Shown piece after piece: positions 23,019-38,732 of a stretch of 64,000 bases of DNA. Both the position numbers and the translations under genes were made by a program. The notes below the pieces were generated by a model. That model had not been told where the DNA came from. It ran no database searches and was given only the letters and a program-made list of their open reading frames with translations. How positions within the stretch are numbered: position 1 is the first letter of the stretch; every line of letters starts with the position of its first letter. The DNA comes from Neocallimastix sp. 'constans' (Eukaryota): the NCBI GenBank assembly GCA_050613775.1, contig JBODTK010000152.1, positions 124,001 to 188,000 of the forward strand, in the 5' to 3' direction.

Positions 23019-24475
23019 TTATTTTAAATTAATATTTATATCGTTTAAATCAATTAAACAATCTTTCCATAATTTAACTAATTCATTTCTGTTGCATCCA
23101 TTATAAAATAAATTGATTTCCTTACTTTTGTAATTTTCAATTAAAATTTTAATTTCATCAGTTGCACTAAATATTTTTTGCTTTTTTTTTCCCCCAAGTT
23201 CCTTTAGTTCTCCTTTGGTAATCATTATAAGATAAGTTTTCTTCTTCTTTTAATATATATATTATTTTATAAAATAAAGGTTTATTTGGAAATATATTAT
23301 TTAAGTAGCTATTATAAGATTCTGATGCATTGTTTGTTAAATGCTCTATATTTTCATAATAATTCCAATTATTAACATTATACTTAAGTAAATAATTTTT
23401 ATTAAAATACTCTAAAAATTGTAGAAAATTATTATACTTTTTTTTGACAAATTCTTTTTATTATAATATAAAAATCAAATATATAGTTAGGGTTTATAAA
23501 CGGTAAGTTCGAAATAGCTTTATAATAAATATATACATCATTATTATTCTTCACTTCATGATAACATAATATATTTTTTTGTTTTTCTAATGATCTTTTG
23601 TAATGCCAAACACAATATTTAATATTTATATTGGGAAAAATTTTTTTTGCGGCATTAGATATACCTTGTTCAAAATCACAATGAAAATTAATTGTAGTAA
23701 TTAATGTATTACTCCTAAATTTATTTGCATTTTTTTTTTTTCTTTAAATAATGTTTCATATGTAGATTGTTTTTTATTTTTTAATATAGAAATGGAAGTA
23801 GTGTAAAACATATTAAATTCCCCAACATAAGTTCTTGTTATAAATAACTGATAACTAAATTTCGGTGCTGCATAAAATGTTCAGTCCGCAAATATATTTT
23901 TATGATAATTCGAAAATAAATATGCTTGGAATGGTGATTGAAAGATTATTAGATCAGTATTTTTAAATATCATAAAATTTTCAATTCTTTTCGTTTTATA
24001 ATTTTTTGATTCAATGGGAATATCATCAAAACTTTTTATGTTTGGAGGAAATTGTTTATTTATATTTCTTATTATTTGGGATTAAATTGTACTATATTCG
24101 GGACATATAAGCCCCCATTTCTTGAGAAACGGCATTAAATATATGTTTAGGTTTTATAACCATAGGAATTGAATTTTTCCTAATTTCTTCCTTAATTTTA
24201 TGTTTTGCTACTGATATAGACACATCAATTTCTTTTTCGAGATGGTTATGTAAACTTTCATATTTTAAAACCTCCTTTTTATCATTTAAAATAATTAAAG
24301 ATTTTCATTTATTTAAAGTCATATATTCAGTGCATCTATAAATTTTTGATATCTTTCCTTTGAAATGAAAAATTAAATTTGTATTTTTTATTAATAATAA
24401 TTTGTTCATTTCCTCGATTTGTTTCATTTATTTCAATTTCTATATTGTCTTCAATTGATAATTAAAATTTTCCAA
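23019..24475 (-). pseudogene. MULE (Mutator) DDE transposase, frameshifted
   Basis: Minus-strand motifs ETNRGNEQIIINKKYKF, IFAD, HCDFEQ, YCVWHYK, TNNASES; homologous to 37192-38594 and 62555+. Confidence 0.88.
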
Positions 24476-25813
24476 TAAAATATTTAATAAATATACTTTT
24501 AAATGCTTTGAAACTTTTACTTTTTTAATATTTAAAATAATAATTCTTTTTTAATTAATTATATAATTATTTAAATAATTATTTAATTATTAATTATTTA
24601 TTATTTTTTTATTTACTATTTTATTAATTTATTTTTATTTTTTTTTTATTTTTATTGTTTATTTTATTTTATTTTTTTTATTTTTTATTTTATTTTTTTT
24701 TTTATTTTTTATTTTACTTTTTTTTTTTTATTTTTTAATGTTTAAAAAAAAAAAGTTTTCTTATTATTTTATTTTATTTTTAAATGTTTAAAAAAAAATT
24801 TTTTTGTATTTCTTATTTTTTTTTTTTTTTTATTTTTATTTTATTGTTCAATGTTTAAAAAAAAAATGTTTATTTAATTTTATTTTATTTTTTAATGCTT
24901 AAAAAATAAAATATTTATTTATTTTTATTTGATTGTTCAATGTTTAAAAAAAAAGTTTTCTTATTTCTTATTTTTATTTAATGTTTTATTTATTGAAGTG
25001 TTGTATTTCGCCAAAAGTTGAATTTCGTCCAGTTGAATTTCGCCAAATTCTTGGTAGCTTATAAATTTACGTCATAAAATATCACCACAATTATTATTCA
25101 CGTCATATTGTGAATATATGGCTTTTTAAAAATTGTAGAAAAAAGACACAAAATTATGATACAATTAGATATACGCCCCACGTAAGATTACGTGTTTGAA
25201 AATTTTTGAGAATTGTAATTTTATTTAATTATTTAATTAATTATTTTTCGTTAAAATTTTAATAAAATTAAGTGGCTTAAAATTAAAAATATTTAAGCCA
25301 TATAACAAAATACAAATTTTTGTAATAAAAATTTTCGAAATGCACACTCCCCTAAGTCATGTATTTAATATAATAAAAATGTACGTTCCATTGAATGTGA
25401 ATATAAAAAATAAAAAATATTAAATCATGTATTATTATTATTAAAAAAAAAAAGGTTCTTTAATAAAAATAAAAATTTTAGTAAAAAGAAAATATTTATT
25501 TACGATTTTTTGTCAAAATTGATAAAAAGTATTTAAAATAAATAAATAAATACATAAATAAATAAATAAATAAATAAATTAAAATTAAAAAAAATCTATA
25601 TATAAAAAGAAAAAAAATTCTTTTAATTTTAATTTTTTTTAATGTAAAGAATATATTTTTTTTTGAAGAATATATCTTTAAATAAATATATAACTAAAAT
25701 ATTCTTTAAAAATAAAAAATAAAATATTTTTGAAATTCTCATTATATATATATAAAAAAATAAAATATTATTGAAATCTGTAAGAAGAGTATTTAAAAAA
25801 AAAATTAACAATT

Positions 25814-26360
25814 AAGAAGGTTTATGTATCTTAAAAATATACAAAAAATAGTCTTTAAATATTATTAAAATATAAAAAAAATAATATTTTTATTAATATA
25901 AAAATTAAAATTAAAAGTTTTTAAAATCTTTAAATATATAAATAAAATATTCATTAAAAATAAAATATTCTTTAAAAATAAAATATTCTTTAAAAATAAA
26001 ATATTCTTTAAAAATAAAATATTCTTTAAAAATAAAATAAGAAGGTTTATGTATCTTAAAAATATACAAAAAATAGTCTTTAAATATTATTAAAATATAA
26101 AAAAAATAATATTTTTATTAATATAAAAATTAAAATTAAAAGTTTTTAAAATCTTTAAATATATAAATAAAATATTCATTAAAAATAAAATATTCTTTAA
26201 AAATAAAATATTCATTAAAAATAATATTCTTTAAAAATAATATTCTTTAAAAATAAAGTATTCTTTAAAAATAAAATATTCTTTAAAAATAAAATATTCT
26301 TTAAAAATAAAATATTCTTTAAAAATAAAATATTCTTTAAAAATAAAATATTCTTTGAAA
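25814..26360. repeat. ~220-bp direct duplication plus ~19-bp tandem arrays (aaataaaatattctttaaa)
   Basis: taagaaggtttatgtatc... block at ~25814 and ~26037, each followed by arrays. Confidence 0.8.
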
Positions 26361-27443
26361 ATAAATATTTAAATAAAAGTTTAAGGAAAAAAAAATTTTT
26401 TTAACCTTTAAGATTTATTAATTTTATATTCATAAAATTAATATTATAAATTTAAAGGTTATTGATAAAAATATTTAATATTATTTTTATTATACATATT
26501 AATAGAAAACTTTTGTTTTATAATGAAAAGTTACTAATGAAAATATAAAAATTTAAATATTAGAAAATTTTTCTTATAATATTCATAAAATGATATAGAT
26601 ACTAAATAATTTGTTGAAAAATCTTATGAAATAAATAATTGTGTTTATGTGTTTATTATTATAATAGTAATATTTTTTTTAGCCACAAAAAATTTATATA
26701 AATTAATAATATATCTTAACGAATTAATGGTTCAAATTAAAAATTCAATTAAAATATAATAATTATATATATAATAAAAAAATAATTTTTTAAATAATAA
26801 TTTTTATTTAAACTAATAATATTTCAAATTTTGAAATATTATTTTTAGAAATATGCCAAATATTGAAATAATAAATATTAGCATTAAGATTTATTCACTT
26901 TATAAATAATAAATATTTTAGAATCTATTTTAAATTAGTTTTATTTTAAAATAATTATCATAATATGTAAGTTATTTTTAACTTGAATTAATTAAAAATA
27001 AAATTAATGAAGGCAAAAATATATTTATATAACATGTAATAAAATAATTGTTACCTATAAATTATAATAATAATTATTTATAACTCAAACTTTATATTAT
27101 TTAGTATTAGTATTATAAAAATTTATTATAAATATTACCAAAGTTCTATGTAAAAGTATATTATTACTGAATATATTTATGTTTCATTATTCCATTAAAA
27201 AATAAAAATAAAATCACATTATCTTTTATGTATTAAATTTACTAATTTATTTTATATTATTTATATTTAACATTATATGTTTATAATATTCATTAATTGT
27301 TGTTTTAATATATATTATTTTTTATCAAAATAAATATTTATACTTATGTTGAATATTTAATATTATTATTATTATTATTATCTGAAAATTTTGAATCGTA
27401 AATAAAAATATAAAGAAAATAAATAAATAAAGTATTAATAAAT

Positions 27444-28791
27444 ATGTCAATAAATGATCAATTGGAGCAAATTACTAATGCTCCCCAAAAAGATAAATTA
27501 GATAAATATAAGAAACTTGTTGAAGATATATTTAAAAATATAACTGATGAAAATATTTTTAAGGATAATATTCAATATCTTTTCAATCATATTATACAAG
27601 AATCAGTTGTATTATCAATTTCAAGACAAATAATTCAACTAGCAATTGATAAATTAATTGAATGTGAAAGTATTGAAAATATTAATAAACAAGAAATTTG
27701 GAAAATTATAATTGAAAATTTAAAAAAAAGACTTGTAACATTTGAAGAACAAGTAAGGTCATTTTTTTCATATTTAAAAATTTATGTAACATTAATATTT
27801 AAAAAATATTGCAATTTAATTCGATAAGTAGAGAAAATTTGAAATTTAATTAATGTTAATTATATACTATTTGATATAGGCTTCTATAGCATATGAAAAT
27901 CTCTCTAAAGTATTAGAAGAAGATGAACAATGGACTGAAGCTGCCAAAGTTTTAATGGAGATTCCATTAGAATCAGGGTATCGTAATACTTCTGATGATT
28001 ATAAAATTAAAATATATATTCATATTGTTAGACTTTTATTAGAAGATGAAGATCCAATTACTGCCGAAACCTATCTTAATCGTGTTGCTTTATTAATATC
28101 AAATACTACAGATCCAGAAATACAAATTCATTATAAATTTTCTAATGTTAGAATTCTTGATTATAAAAGACAATTTTTACCAGCATGTAGTAAATATCAT
28201 GAACTCTCTTATGAAAGTAATATTGATAAAGATAATAGATTAAAATGTCTTTCTCAAGCAATTGTTTGTGCAGTTCTTGCCAATGCTGGACCCCTTCGTA
28301 CACGTCTTCTAACTACATTATATAAAGATGAAAGAGTACGTGAAGGTCAAATTGACAAAGTATATACTAATATATTAGAAAAAATGTACATGGAAAGAGT
28401 CATTCGTAGAAACGAAGTTGAGGAATTTAGTAAATATTTACAACCACACCATTTGGCAAAGATGAGTGATGGTAATACTGTTCTTGATCGTGCTATTATT
28501 GAACATAATATATTGTCTTCATCAAAAATTTACAAAAATATTTCATTTGAAGAAGTAGGTAATTTATTAGATATATCAGCTGAACAAGCTGAAGCAATTG
28601 TTGCAAAAATGATTGAAGAAGGGAGAATGCAAGGATCTATTGATCAAATTGATAATATTATTCAATTTTCATCTGTAAAAGAGCTACCAATATGGAATGA
28701 ACGTATTTCAGATTTATGTTTTAATATTGAAGGCATATTAACATCAATCCAAGAAAAATATCCAGAATGGGTACAAGAAAACTTCTTATAA
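27444..28791 (+). CDS. CSN4: COP9 signalosome subunit 4 (2 exons: 27444-27752, 27880-28791)
   Basis: FEEQ|ASI...[39 protein letters not shown] domain; GT-AG intron keeps frame. Confidence 0.93.
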
Positions 28792-30454
28792 AATTTTACA
28801 TTTTTTTATTTTAAATTTTTAAAATATTACGAATAATAAATAGTATTAATTCATTTACCAATAAGTTCTATTACATTAATATAATTATGTGATCAAGGAA
28901 TTACATGTATGTATATTTATGTATATATATTATTTTTATTTATATGGAATAATAAATATAATATTATAATTCAAAATTCGAATTTTTATTTACAATAAAT
29001 ATATAATTATAACATATTGCAACTTAGCACTATAAAATAAAATATAATTGATTATTAAATAATTAATTTGATGAATAATGCAAATTTTAAAATAATATAA
29101 ATAGTGCGCTTATAATATAATATAATATAATATATATGGGTGAGCGGAATAAGTAAATAAATAAATTTTTATTATAATTATTATAATATAATTACTGTTA
29201 ATATTTTTATTATTAAATAATTTTAAAAATTTAAAGAATATTTAATAGTTATTATGATATTTAGTATTTATTATTAATTTTTATTTTTTTTGTTGATTAG
29301 CATTAATTTATATATGTATTAACATTAAGTACTTATTAAATTTTATATTTATTTATACTTATTAATTAATAATTATACTCGTTATTTATGCTTAACTTCA
29401 AAATCACAATTATTTATAAGTTTTATAAAAATCAATTAGAACTCAAACAAAAATATCAATTAAAATTTCGTATATATATAACGGAATGAATGAATGAACG
29501 ATAAATAAATAAATTAAAAAAAAAAAAAAATAAAAAAAAAATAAGTATTTAACATGTTTGACTATTAATTATTAATAATAGCATTTTTTTTTTTTTTTTT
29601 TTTTTTTTTATATATATATAGTCAATAAAATTTAGTATTTGGAAAAACATTAAATGAAAAATTATTAATATTTTTTTAAAGATAATATATTTCCATTACT
29701 CTTTTTTATTAATTAAACAATTTATATATTTTAAAAATTATTTTTTTTGTATTATAAACATTATTAAAAATATGAAAAATGTACAATGAAAATATACTAT
29801 AAAATAAAAAATATTAAAATAAAGATCAATATGAATAAAAGTTAATATCATATCGTAAAATAATATATGTTAAATTAGTATTTATAAATAAGATAGTGCT
29901 GTGAAGGATTATTACTTTTTATGTCAATGAATTGAAGGTCTAGATGTTAAAGTTCACCATTCTCATATTAGAAATTAACCTGTTGGACTCCCAAGAAATT
30001 TTTTTTTCTGCATCATTCAAAAATTAGTTTAGGAAAACAATTAATGATTGGAAAGTTGGTCAGGCATTTATAGAGTATTTAACTCTAAATTCTAAATGTA
30101 AAGTTTTTATCAGCCAGTATTAGCATGCAATATTATTTAATACTTAAAAATATCTAAGTCATTAAGAAAAAGTTTATATATACTAAACATTATTACATAA
30201 AAATTAAATATATACAATAATACTTAATAAATATTATTGTACATATAAATATTATTCATTAATATTGAATAATAGGTTAAAATAATATAAACTTAATATT
30301 AAAAATTATTGTTATTATTTATATATTTATTTATTTATTTATTTATTTATTTGTTTATTTATTTATTTATTTATTTATTCATTCATTCATTTGTTCATTT
30401 ATTCGTTCGTTCATTTGCTCATTTATTTATTTGCTTATACATATTATTATTTAG

Positions 30455-33400
30455 CTATTTATTTTTAGTTTGAATTAAAGGCAAATTAGTGATTGTTGAA
30501 GAAAAACCAGTAGATTCTTTGTCATTATCATTATCCTATAATATATTCATAATTAATTCATATTAATAAAAATATATATTTATTATTTAAAATTATATAT
30601 TTATTATAAATAGCACTATGAAATTTTTACTTTAACTTGGAATGCAGACAATAACATTATTGAAGGTTCTGCATTATTTAATTTACTATAATCAATCTTA
30701 TAATTTGGTTTTAATTCCTATATATTATAAATTTAAATATTAATATATTAAGTTTTTATATTATATAAAAAACTTCAATGCTACATTTAAAAGGTTTCTA
30801 TTATTAAATATATATATTATATACTTTAATTTGATTTTCAAGAAAAGCAGCTATTTTTTGGGCTTTTTCAGTTTTTTTATTTAATGTACTATATTGATTC
30901 GTTTTATCTTTGATAGTATCTTTTAATGATTTTATTTCTTTATTAGTAGTATTTTTATTATTATTCATAGTAGAAACTTGATTCTTTAACTATATTTCAT
31001 TACCGATATTGATAAACAAAAAATAAATTTCTATTAATTTATTTTAAATATTATTTATAACATAATTATATTACTTTACCATTTCAATATTTCTTTTTAA
31101 TACATTATTTTCATTTAATAAATATTTTTTTTCGCTAGTTAATGAATCAATTCTTAACATCATTTTTTGAATATCTTGTTTATATATATATTATAAATTA
31201 GTATTTCTAATATATATGATTATAATACAATCATATATAATTTACTCACCAGGTATCATATAATTATCATTAGCTTATAATATATATTAATAAATATATA
31301 TATATAAATATAATTAAAATTTTATATTCAATTTTATAATATATTATTAACTTTTAATAATTACTATTATCTCTACCTTCTTTTATATGATCATATACAT
31401 TATCATTTGGTTGTATAACATTGGTATTTAAACTTTTGAATTATCAATAAATTTATTATATCATTAACCAATAATATAATTAAATTTATGATTTTCATTA
31501 AAAACTTATTTATGTATTATTTTTTTATATACATTACCTCTTTGAAAATGGTATTTCAAATTTGTTTTTACTAATAAGATTCATAACTGATGCATGTTCA
31601 TAATTTAATACATTATATTTACTAATAAGATCTTTCTTTTCCACTTTGAGTTGAAATATATCTTTATTTAATTTTTTATTTTCCTCTCGAAGTTTATTAT
31701 TCATTTCCTATAATTGAAAATTAATTACATAAAAATAATTAGATATATTATCATTTTATAATTATAATAGTTCATATATCTTTATTTATTTATTTATCTA
31801 TTTATCTATTTATATATTTACACTTAAAAGAATTTCCTTCTTTTCACGGGCTAACATCATTTTTCTGTTTTCTATAATTTCATTTAATTTATCTTTTTTG
31901 TCTTTTACATGTAACTTAATTTCTTGTTTTGCCATTTGTTGATATATCTAAATTATTAAAATGAATTTGTATAAATTATTTTTCCTTTATTTATTTTTTT
32001 TTATTTTAATTTAATATAATTTATTAAAATAGTCATCTTACAGAATTATCAAATGTATCTTCTTCAATTTTATTTTCTAATTTTACAATTCTTTCTTTTA
32101 ATTTAACCTTTTTTCATAAATAAGATAAAATTATTTATATTAATTAAGAATTTTCTAAATTAATAAAAATATAAAAATTATTAATTATTTCTACATTATC
32201 ATCTTTAAGGGTTTTATTTTTAGCTTTTTCTTGTTTAAGTTGTAATGTAAGTTTTGAAATATTTATTTGATGTTCTAGTGCTTCTTTTTTTGTCTCATTA
32301 ATTTCATCAGCTGTTTTTATTTTAAATATTTCATTCATTCTCAGTTGGGTCTTTAATTATTAATAGATTATATTATATAATCAATATATTTTAAATTCGA
32401 TTTTTTCAGTTATATATATATCATACTATATTTTAATTATTATGCTATTAAAGATCTACTTTTAAATGAGCATTGTCTTCTGATAATTTATTAATTATAT
32501 CTTTAGATTTAATTTCCTCCTTTTGACTATTAATCCATAATTTCTTTATTAATTAAAAAAATCATTAATTAATAATATAATAATAGCAATAATATTAATA
32601 ATAATTAATAAATATTTATATTTATATACTTGAATTCTTTCTTTCTCAAGTTTTGAAAAGGCAATTTCTTTTTGTAACTTTTGTTGAATTAATTTTTCAT
32701 GTTGTAAATCGTTTTCTATAATGAATAGACATATTAATAATTTTATTTAAAATAATATTATGAAATATTATAAAATCATTTTATTAATAATATATATGTA
32801 TTAACCCTGTGTTTTATCAACCAATTTTTGTCTTAATATATTTATATCATGTTCTTTCATTTCCAAATTATTGACCATTTTTTGTGCTTCATCATTTAAC
32901 TTTGAATAATGATCATTTATTTGGTTATATAAACATTTATATTTTTCATGAGCGGAATCTTTTTCAACCTTAATATTTTGAAATATTATATCACATTCAA
33001 AATGGATTAATATTTAAAGTATAAACAATTTTAAGAATTAATTTAAATAAATATAGATTATTATAAATACAATCTGTTCTTTAAGATCTTTTATTTTCAT
33101 ATGTAGTCTAGCATTTTCATTTCTTAATGAATCATTTGTTGATTCAAAGTTTCTTGTTATATCATTTATTTCCTTTGTTGCTTCTTTTATAATTTTTTCT
33201 TCTTTTTCTCCTACTTTCTATAATTATTTATAATGTATAATACTCAATACTTCTCATTTTAAATTTCATAATACATTATTTATTTAATATTCAAATAATA
33301 ATTTAAGTAACTAATTATTTTAAATTGATATTACCATAATAACTTCATCTTTTATTTGGGTTTTAAAACTTTGATTTAAAGATTTAATTGAATTCATTAA

Positions 33401-34291
33401 TTCATTTATTTTATCCTTTTTATCATTAATTTCTTTTACTGCAAGCTAAATTAATTATAATTATGTTAATGTTAATATATATATTGAAAAAATATATTAA
33501 AAATATATTTATAAATACTTTATTTGATAATTTTATTTTTGAAATATCTTCTCTATACTTTTCTTCAATTGCTGTTACTTCTTGTATGTTGAATTCGGAT
33601 TCTTTTAATCTTCCTTCTAATGATATAATTTTTGCTTTTAACTCATCAATTAAAGTTTTATTTTCCATTAATTCTATATATTCAAATTATATTTTTTTTT
33701 CATTAAAAGTGATATTATAGTATTAATATATTATAAATAATAAGATAATATATATTTAATATTTAAATTTATTACCATTTGACTTTAAAATTGAACTTTT
33801 TTCATAGTTATCTCTCTCATATTTACAAGCATGTAGCTCTTTCTCGCAAGTATCTAATTTTTCTCTTTTATTTTTAAAGTATATGCAAATATGTTAAATT
33901 AATAAATTGAATATAATTTTTATAAAAATTAAATACTCTATATCTACTTTGCTGCTACGTAATTATTATGAACTTCTTCTAATGTACTATCTCGACGAAC
34001 CATAGCTAATAATGAATCTTCCCATTGTTTCTCAAATTTTTGTTTCGATTGACTTAAAATATTCAATTCTAATATTATTATGAAATTTATATTTATAAAA
34101 TTATCAGTATCTATAATATTAGAAAACAAAAAATAATAAGATTTATAATTATATAATTAATAAACCTCTATTCATGTTATTTAATGCATTTTGTGCAATT
34201 ATTGTTTCATGCTTTTGATTTTCCAACTGTTGCTCTAATTCTTTATTTTCATTAACCATCTAATTAATATTATATCATATTAATATAAAAA

Positions 34292-34342
<51 letters not shown>

Positions 34343-35122
34343 ACTAATTATTTATATACCATTTCATATTTTTTTATATATGAGCCTAATTCTTCTTCCG
34401 CATTTTTTTTTATTTGATTAGTAATATTAATTTCTTTATCCATTCGATTTCTTATTCTTTTTTGTATTTTCAAATTAGAATTATAAATTTCATTAATTTC
34501 TCCTAATTGCTTATATTTTTCATTGGACTCATCATACATTTTTTTAATATCTTTTACTTGATTTTCCAATTTCTACAATTTTATTAATATTAATTATTAA
34601 TTTAAAATATATTTATTATAAAATTTATTAATTCAAGTATTATTTTTTTAATATATTCAATATTACTTCTTTCTCTTTTTTTAATTCTTTAACTTCGTTG
34701 TTGATATATTGGAACTCAATAGATTTTCCAGAATTATCATTTTCTAAAGAATTTATTTTTGTTTTTCTAAATCAGTAAAATTAGTATATTAATAATTTTT
34801 AGTTTTTTTTTTTTATACTATGTTTTAATAATTATTTATTAACATAATATATATACAATTTTGATATATATCCATTAAGTTTATCAATATTTGATTTTTC
34901 TTTGTATAAATCAATAGCTAATCTTTTTTTTTCCTTATTTGCATTGTCTAATTCTATTTCTTTTTCATGAACCTTTTCCTCTGCTTTACTTAATTGCCGA
35001 TCAACAATTCCCATAAGAGAATTCTGAACCCGAACTAAATGATTTTGTAAAATATCATCATTAATAATTGCATCATTTAAAACTTTATTATTCAATTCTT
35101 TGACTTCCGAACAACTATCCAT
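30455..35122 (-). CDS. Multi-exon (~15-20 exons) coiled-coil protein, CCDC40/FAP172-like axonemal ruler
   Basis: Coiled-coil exon fragments with splice signals; 'HLVRVQNSL..RQL..KRLAIDLY' and 'KQWEDSLLAMVRRD' resemble CCDC40 from memory; exon borders not all resolved. Confidence 0.6.
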
Positions 35123-36581
35123 CTTTATTATTTTACTACTTTATTATTTTTATTATTTTATTATTTTATTTTTTTTATATTATTTTATTTTTATATTATT
35201 TTATTTTTATATGGTTATTAATTTAAATATTTATTAAATTTATAAATTAAATATTCTATTAAAACTTTTAAAATCAAAATATTTCATATATAAAAAATAT
35301 TATTAAAATAAATTTTTTCTTCGAAAGTTTTATTCAAAAATTTTTTCTATATTTAATTAAATAACACATTTTTAAAATTGATATAAAAATTTTTTATATA
35401 TCAATATTCCGAATTATATTTTTCTTTTTTCCAAATAAATAAAAATAAAGTTAAATAAAAATTAAATTTATATAAAAATTTTTTAATTTTATAATTTTTA
35501 TTGTATTTTATATAATATTTTTAAATTATTAAATATATAAATTATTATAATTTCATATAATTTATAATTACTTATATTTTGATATTCTTAAATATATTCT
35601 AATAATAAATATATATATAAAATAATAATAAATTCTGCTTAAATATTATTATTATTATTTTCTTTTCAAATATTAAACATTATTGGGATTAATTATTGAT
35701 AAATCTATAAGTTTAAATGCTTTTTATTTTGATCTTAAATTGATAGAATCATCATCAACCATATTTATTGAAGGTGAATTATATATCAAATATTATGAAG
35801 AGAATTTAAAACTAAACTTCCACAATCTTATATTAACAAGAATAAATGTAAAAATTGCTATAAAGTTATCTTAATTTTACTAATTCTTACTAATTTTATT
35901 CATAAAACTACTTGAAGTAATTAATTTTTCCTTATTAAATTATTATTACTATTATTATTTATATGTTTATTATTTATTATTATTTTCATATTTTTAAGTG
36001 TAGTTTACATTAAATTTTTTATTAATTCTATAATTTAAATTACTTAAATGATTGCTGAACAAAGTTCATCTTGTACTGTCATTATTAGTGTTTTTTTATC
36101 TTAATTTATATCATATCCTAATATTAATCTTGATTAATACTTGTATCTATATCATATTCTTTTTTTCTTTTTTATTACAAATTTTTTTTTTTTTCAAATT
36201 TTCATATATATGAGAACTATTATTAATGTTGGACAAGGATTCCTCATTATATTTAATATTTATTACATAAATGTTTTCTTTATTAACATTCATTATTTTT
36301 ATTCTATCATTATCAATATTAATACTTATATAGTTATCATTTATTATTATTAATACCAATATTAAATGCTATCATTATTACTATTATCAATATTACATTT
36401 AATAATTGTTATTATATTTATTATAAATTATTTTTATTATTAAAAAAAATAATATATTAATCTTTTAATATAATTAAAATCTCGTGGAATGAAACTAATG
36501 ATTTTAAATATTAAGAACAATATCTAATTAAATATATAAATTATAATATATATAAATTTAATATTAAATAATGAATAAAAT

Positions 36582-38687
36582 GAATGTGAAGCATTTCGAC
36601 ATAATTTATGTATAATCATCATAAATTTTTGTACAATGTGTATAATATATGTAATACGTCACTATTTTCAACGTATATTTTTATTTATTGTTTTTTAGCA
36701 TTAAAAAAATAAAGTAAAAACAAAAAAAAGAATAAATAAAAGAATAAATGTATTTTAGTATTAAAAAAAATAAAATAAAAACAAAAAAAGAATAAATAAG
36801 TTTTCTGTTGAGAATTTTATTTTATTTTTATTTTTTTTAATTTTATTTTATTATTATATTTTATTATTAAATATTTTAATAATAAAACCTTTGAATTTTA
36901 TTTTATTCAAATAAAATAAATAAAATTATATATTTTATTATTAAATTAATTAAATAATAAAATAAAATTTATTATAATATTAAATATTTATTATTAATAA
37001 AATTTAAATATTGATATTGATATTAATAAAATATTTTGATATTGATATTAATGAAATATTTTGACATTGATATTAATAAAATATATTGATATTGATATTA
37101 ATAAAATATATTGATATTGATATAAATATAATTTAAACTATATATATTCTAGTTAATTATTATTCATATATTTAGAGTGTATTTAATTCTATTAAACATT
37201 TATACCATAAATCAATGATATCAATTTTTCACATTTTTTATCAACTAATCGGATTCCTTTTTTTTTGTATTTTTTAATGAAATCATTGATTTCATCAGTT
37301 TTTGTTAATATTCTTTTTTTTTTCCAAACTCCTTCAATTTTCCTTTTGTAATTATTGTAAGATAAAGATTCTTCTCTTTTTAAATGATAAATCAATTCAT
37401 ATAAAGAAGGTTTTTTGTAAAACAATTTTTTTAAGTAATTGTTAAAAGATTCTGAAGCATTATTTGTTATGTGGTTTACATCGTTATAATAATTCCAATA
37501 TTGAATATCATATTTATATAAATTAGTCTTATTAAAATATTCCAAAAAATTTAAAAAATTGAAATAATTATATATTTGACATATAATTTTAATATAATTA
37601 TAAATATCAAATATATATTCAGGATTTATAAAAGGAAAATTTGTAATAGCTTTATATAACAAATAAATTTTATGATTATTTTCAACTTCATTATAACATA
37701 ATTTATTTTTTTGAACTTCAAACGATCTTTTATAATGCCATACACAATATTTAATAATAATATTATGAAATATTTTAATGGAAGCATTGAATATATTTTT
37801 TTCAAAATCACAACGCAAAATTTTTGGTATAACTATAATATTATTATTATAATTACTTTCATTCTTTCTTAATTCTTCAAATAACAATTCATAGGTTGCT
37901 TGTTCTTTATTATTTAATATAGATAGTGATGTAGTATAAAAACTATTTATTTCTGGAGCAAATACTCTTGTTATAAACATTTGATAACCAAATATTGGTG
38001 CAATATAAAATGTACCATCAGCAAACATATGTTCGTTGTATTTTATAGACAATTCTGTTTGGAATGGGGAATGATGATTGAAAAATTATAACATTAGAAT
38101 TTTTGTATATCATAAAATTTTCATCTCTTTCGTTTATATAATATTCATATTTATCTGGAATTTCATTAAATTTTGATATATCAGGAGGTAGTTGTTTTTT
38201 AATATATCTTGATATTTGGGATTTAATTGAATTATATTCAGGGCATATCAATCCAGTTTCTTCAAATATTTCATTATATATGTTTTGGATTTATATCAAA
38301 TGGGATTGAGGTTTTTCTAATTTCATTTTTCATTTTATGTTTTACTATTGATACAGATGCATCATATTCTTTTCCTGGATAAGTATGTTTGTTTTCATAT
38401 TTTATTACTTTATTATTATCATTTAGATCATTTAGAATAATGTAAGATTTACATTTTTTAACTGTTTTATATTTAGTACATTTGAATATTTTTGTATTAT
38501 TCGTTATATACCATAAATTAAATTTATATTTTCTATTTACAATGATTTGGTTTTTTTCTTTATTAGTTTCACTTATTTCTAATTGATCATCCATTTATTA
38601 TAAATATTTTAAATTAAAAGTTTTATTTTTTATATTTTAATTTTTTTTGTTTTAATCTATTTTTTTTTATCTTATATTTTATTTTAT

Positions 38688-38732
<45 letters not shown>

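Larger units (their letters stand above)
4877..25352. mobile_element. Mutator-like (MULE) element with nested insertions, inserted in the Copia 3' LTR
   Basis: TIRs ggggtgtcatttcgaaaatttttattac (4877-4904, continuing at 21125) and tgtaataaaaattttcgaaatgcacactcccc (25321-25352); 9-bp TSD taagtcatg (4868-4876 / 25353-25361). Confidence 0.88.

Noticed and set aside
25629..25811. Small AT-rich ORFs (also 33463, 35683, 36141, 39312, 54953, 55050, 60780)
   Set aside because: Low-complexity F/I/Y/K/N translations expected by chance at this AT content, or lying inside LTRs
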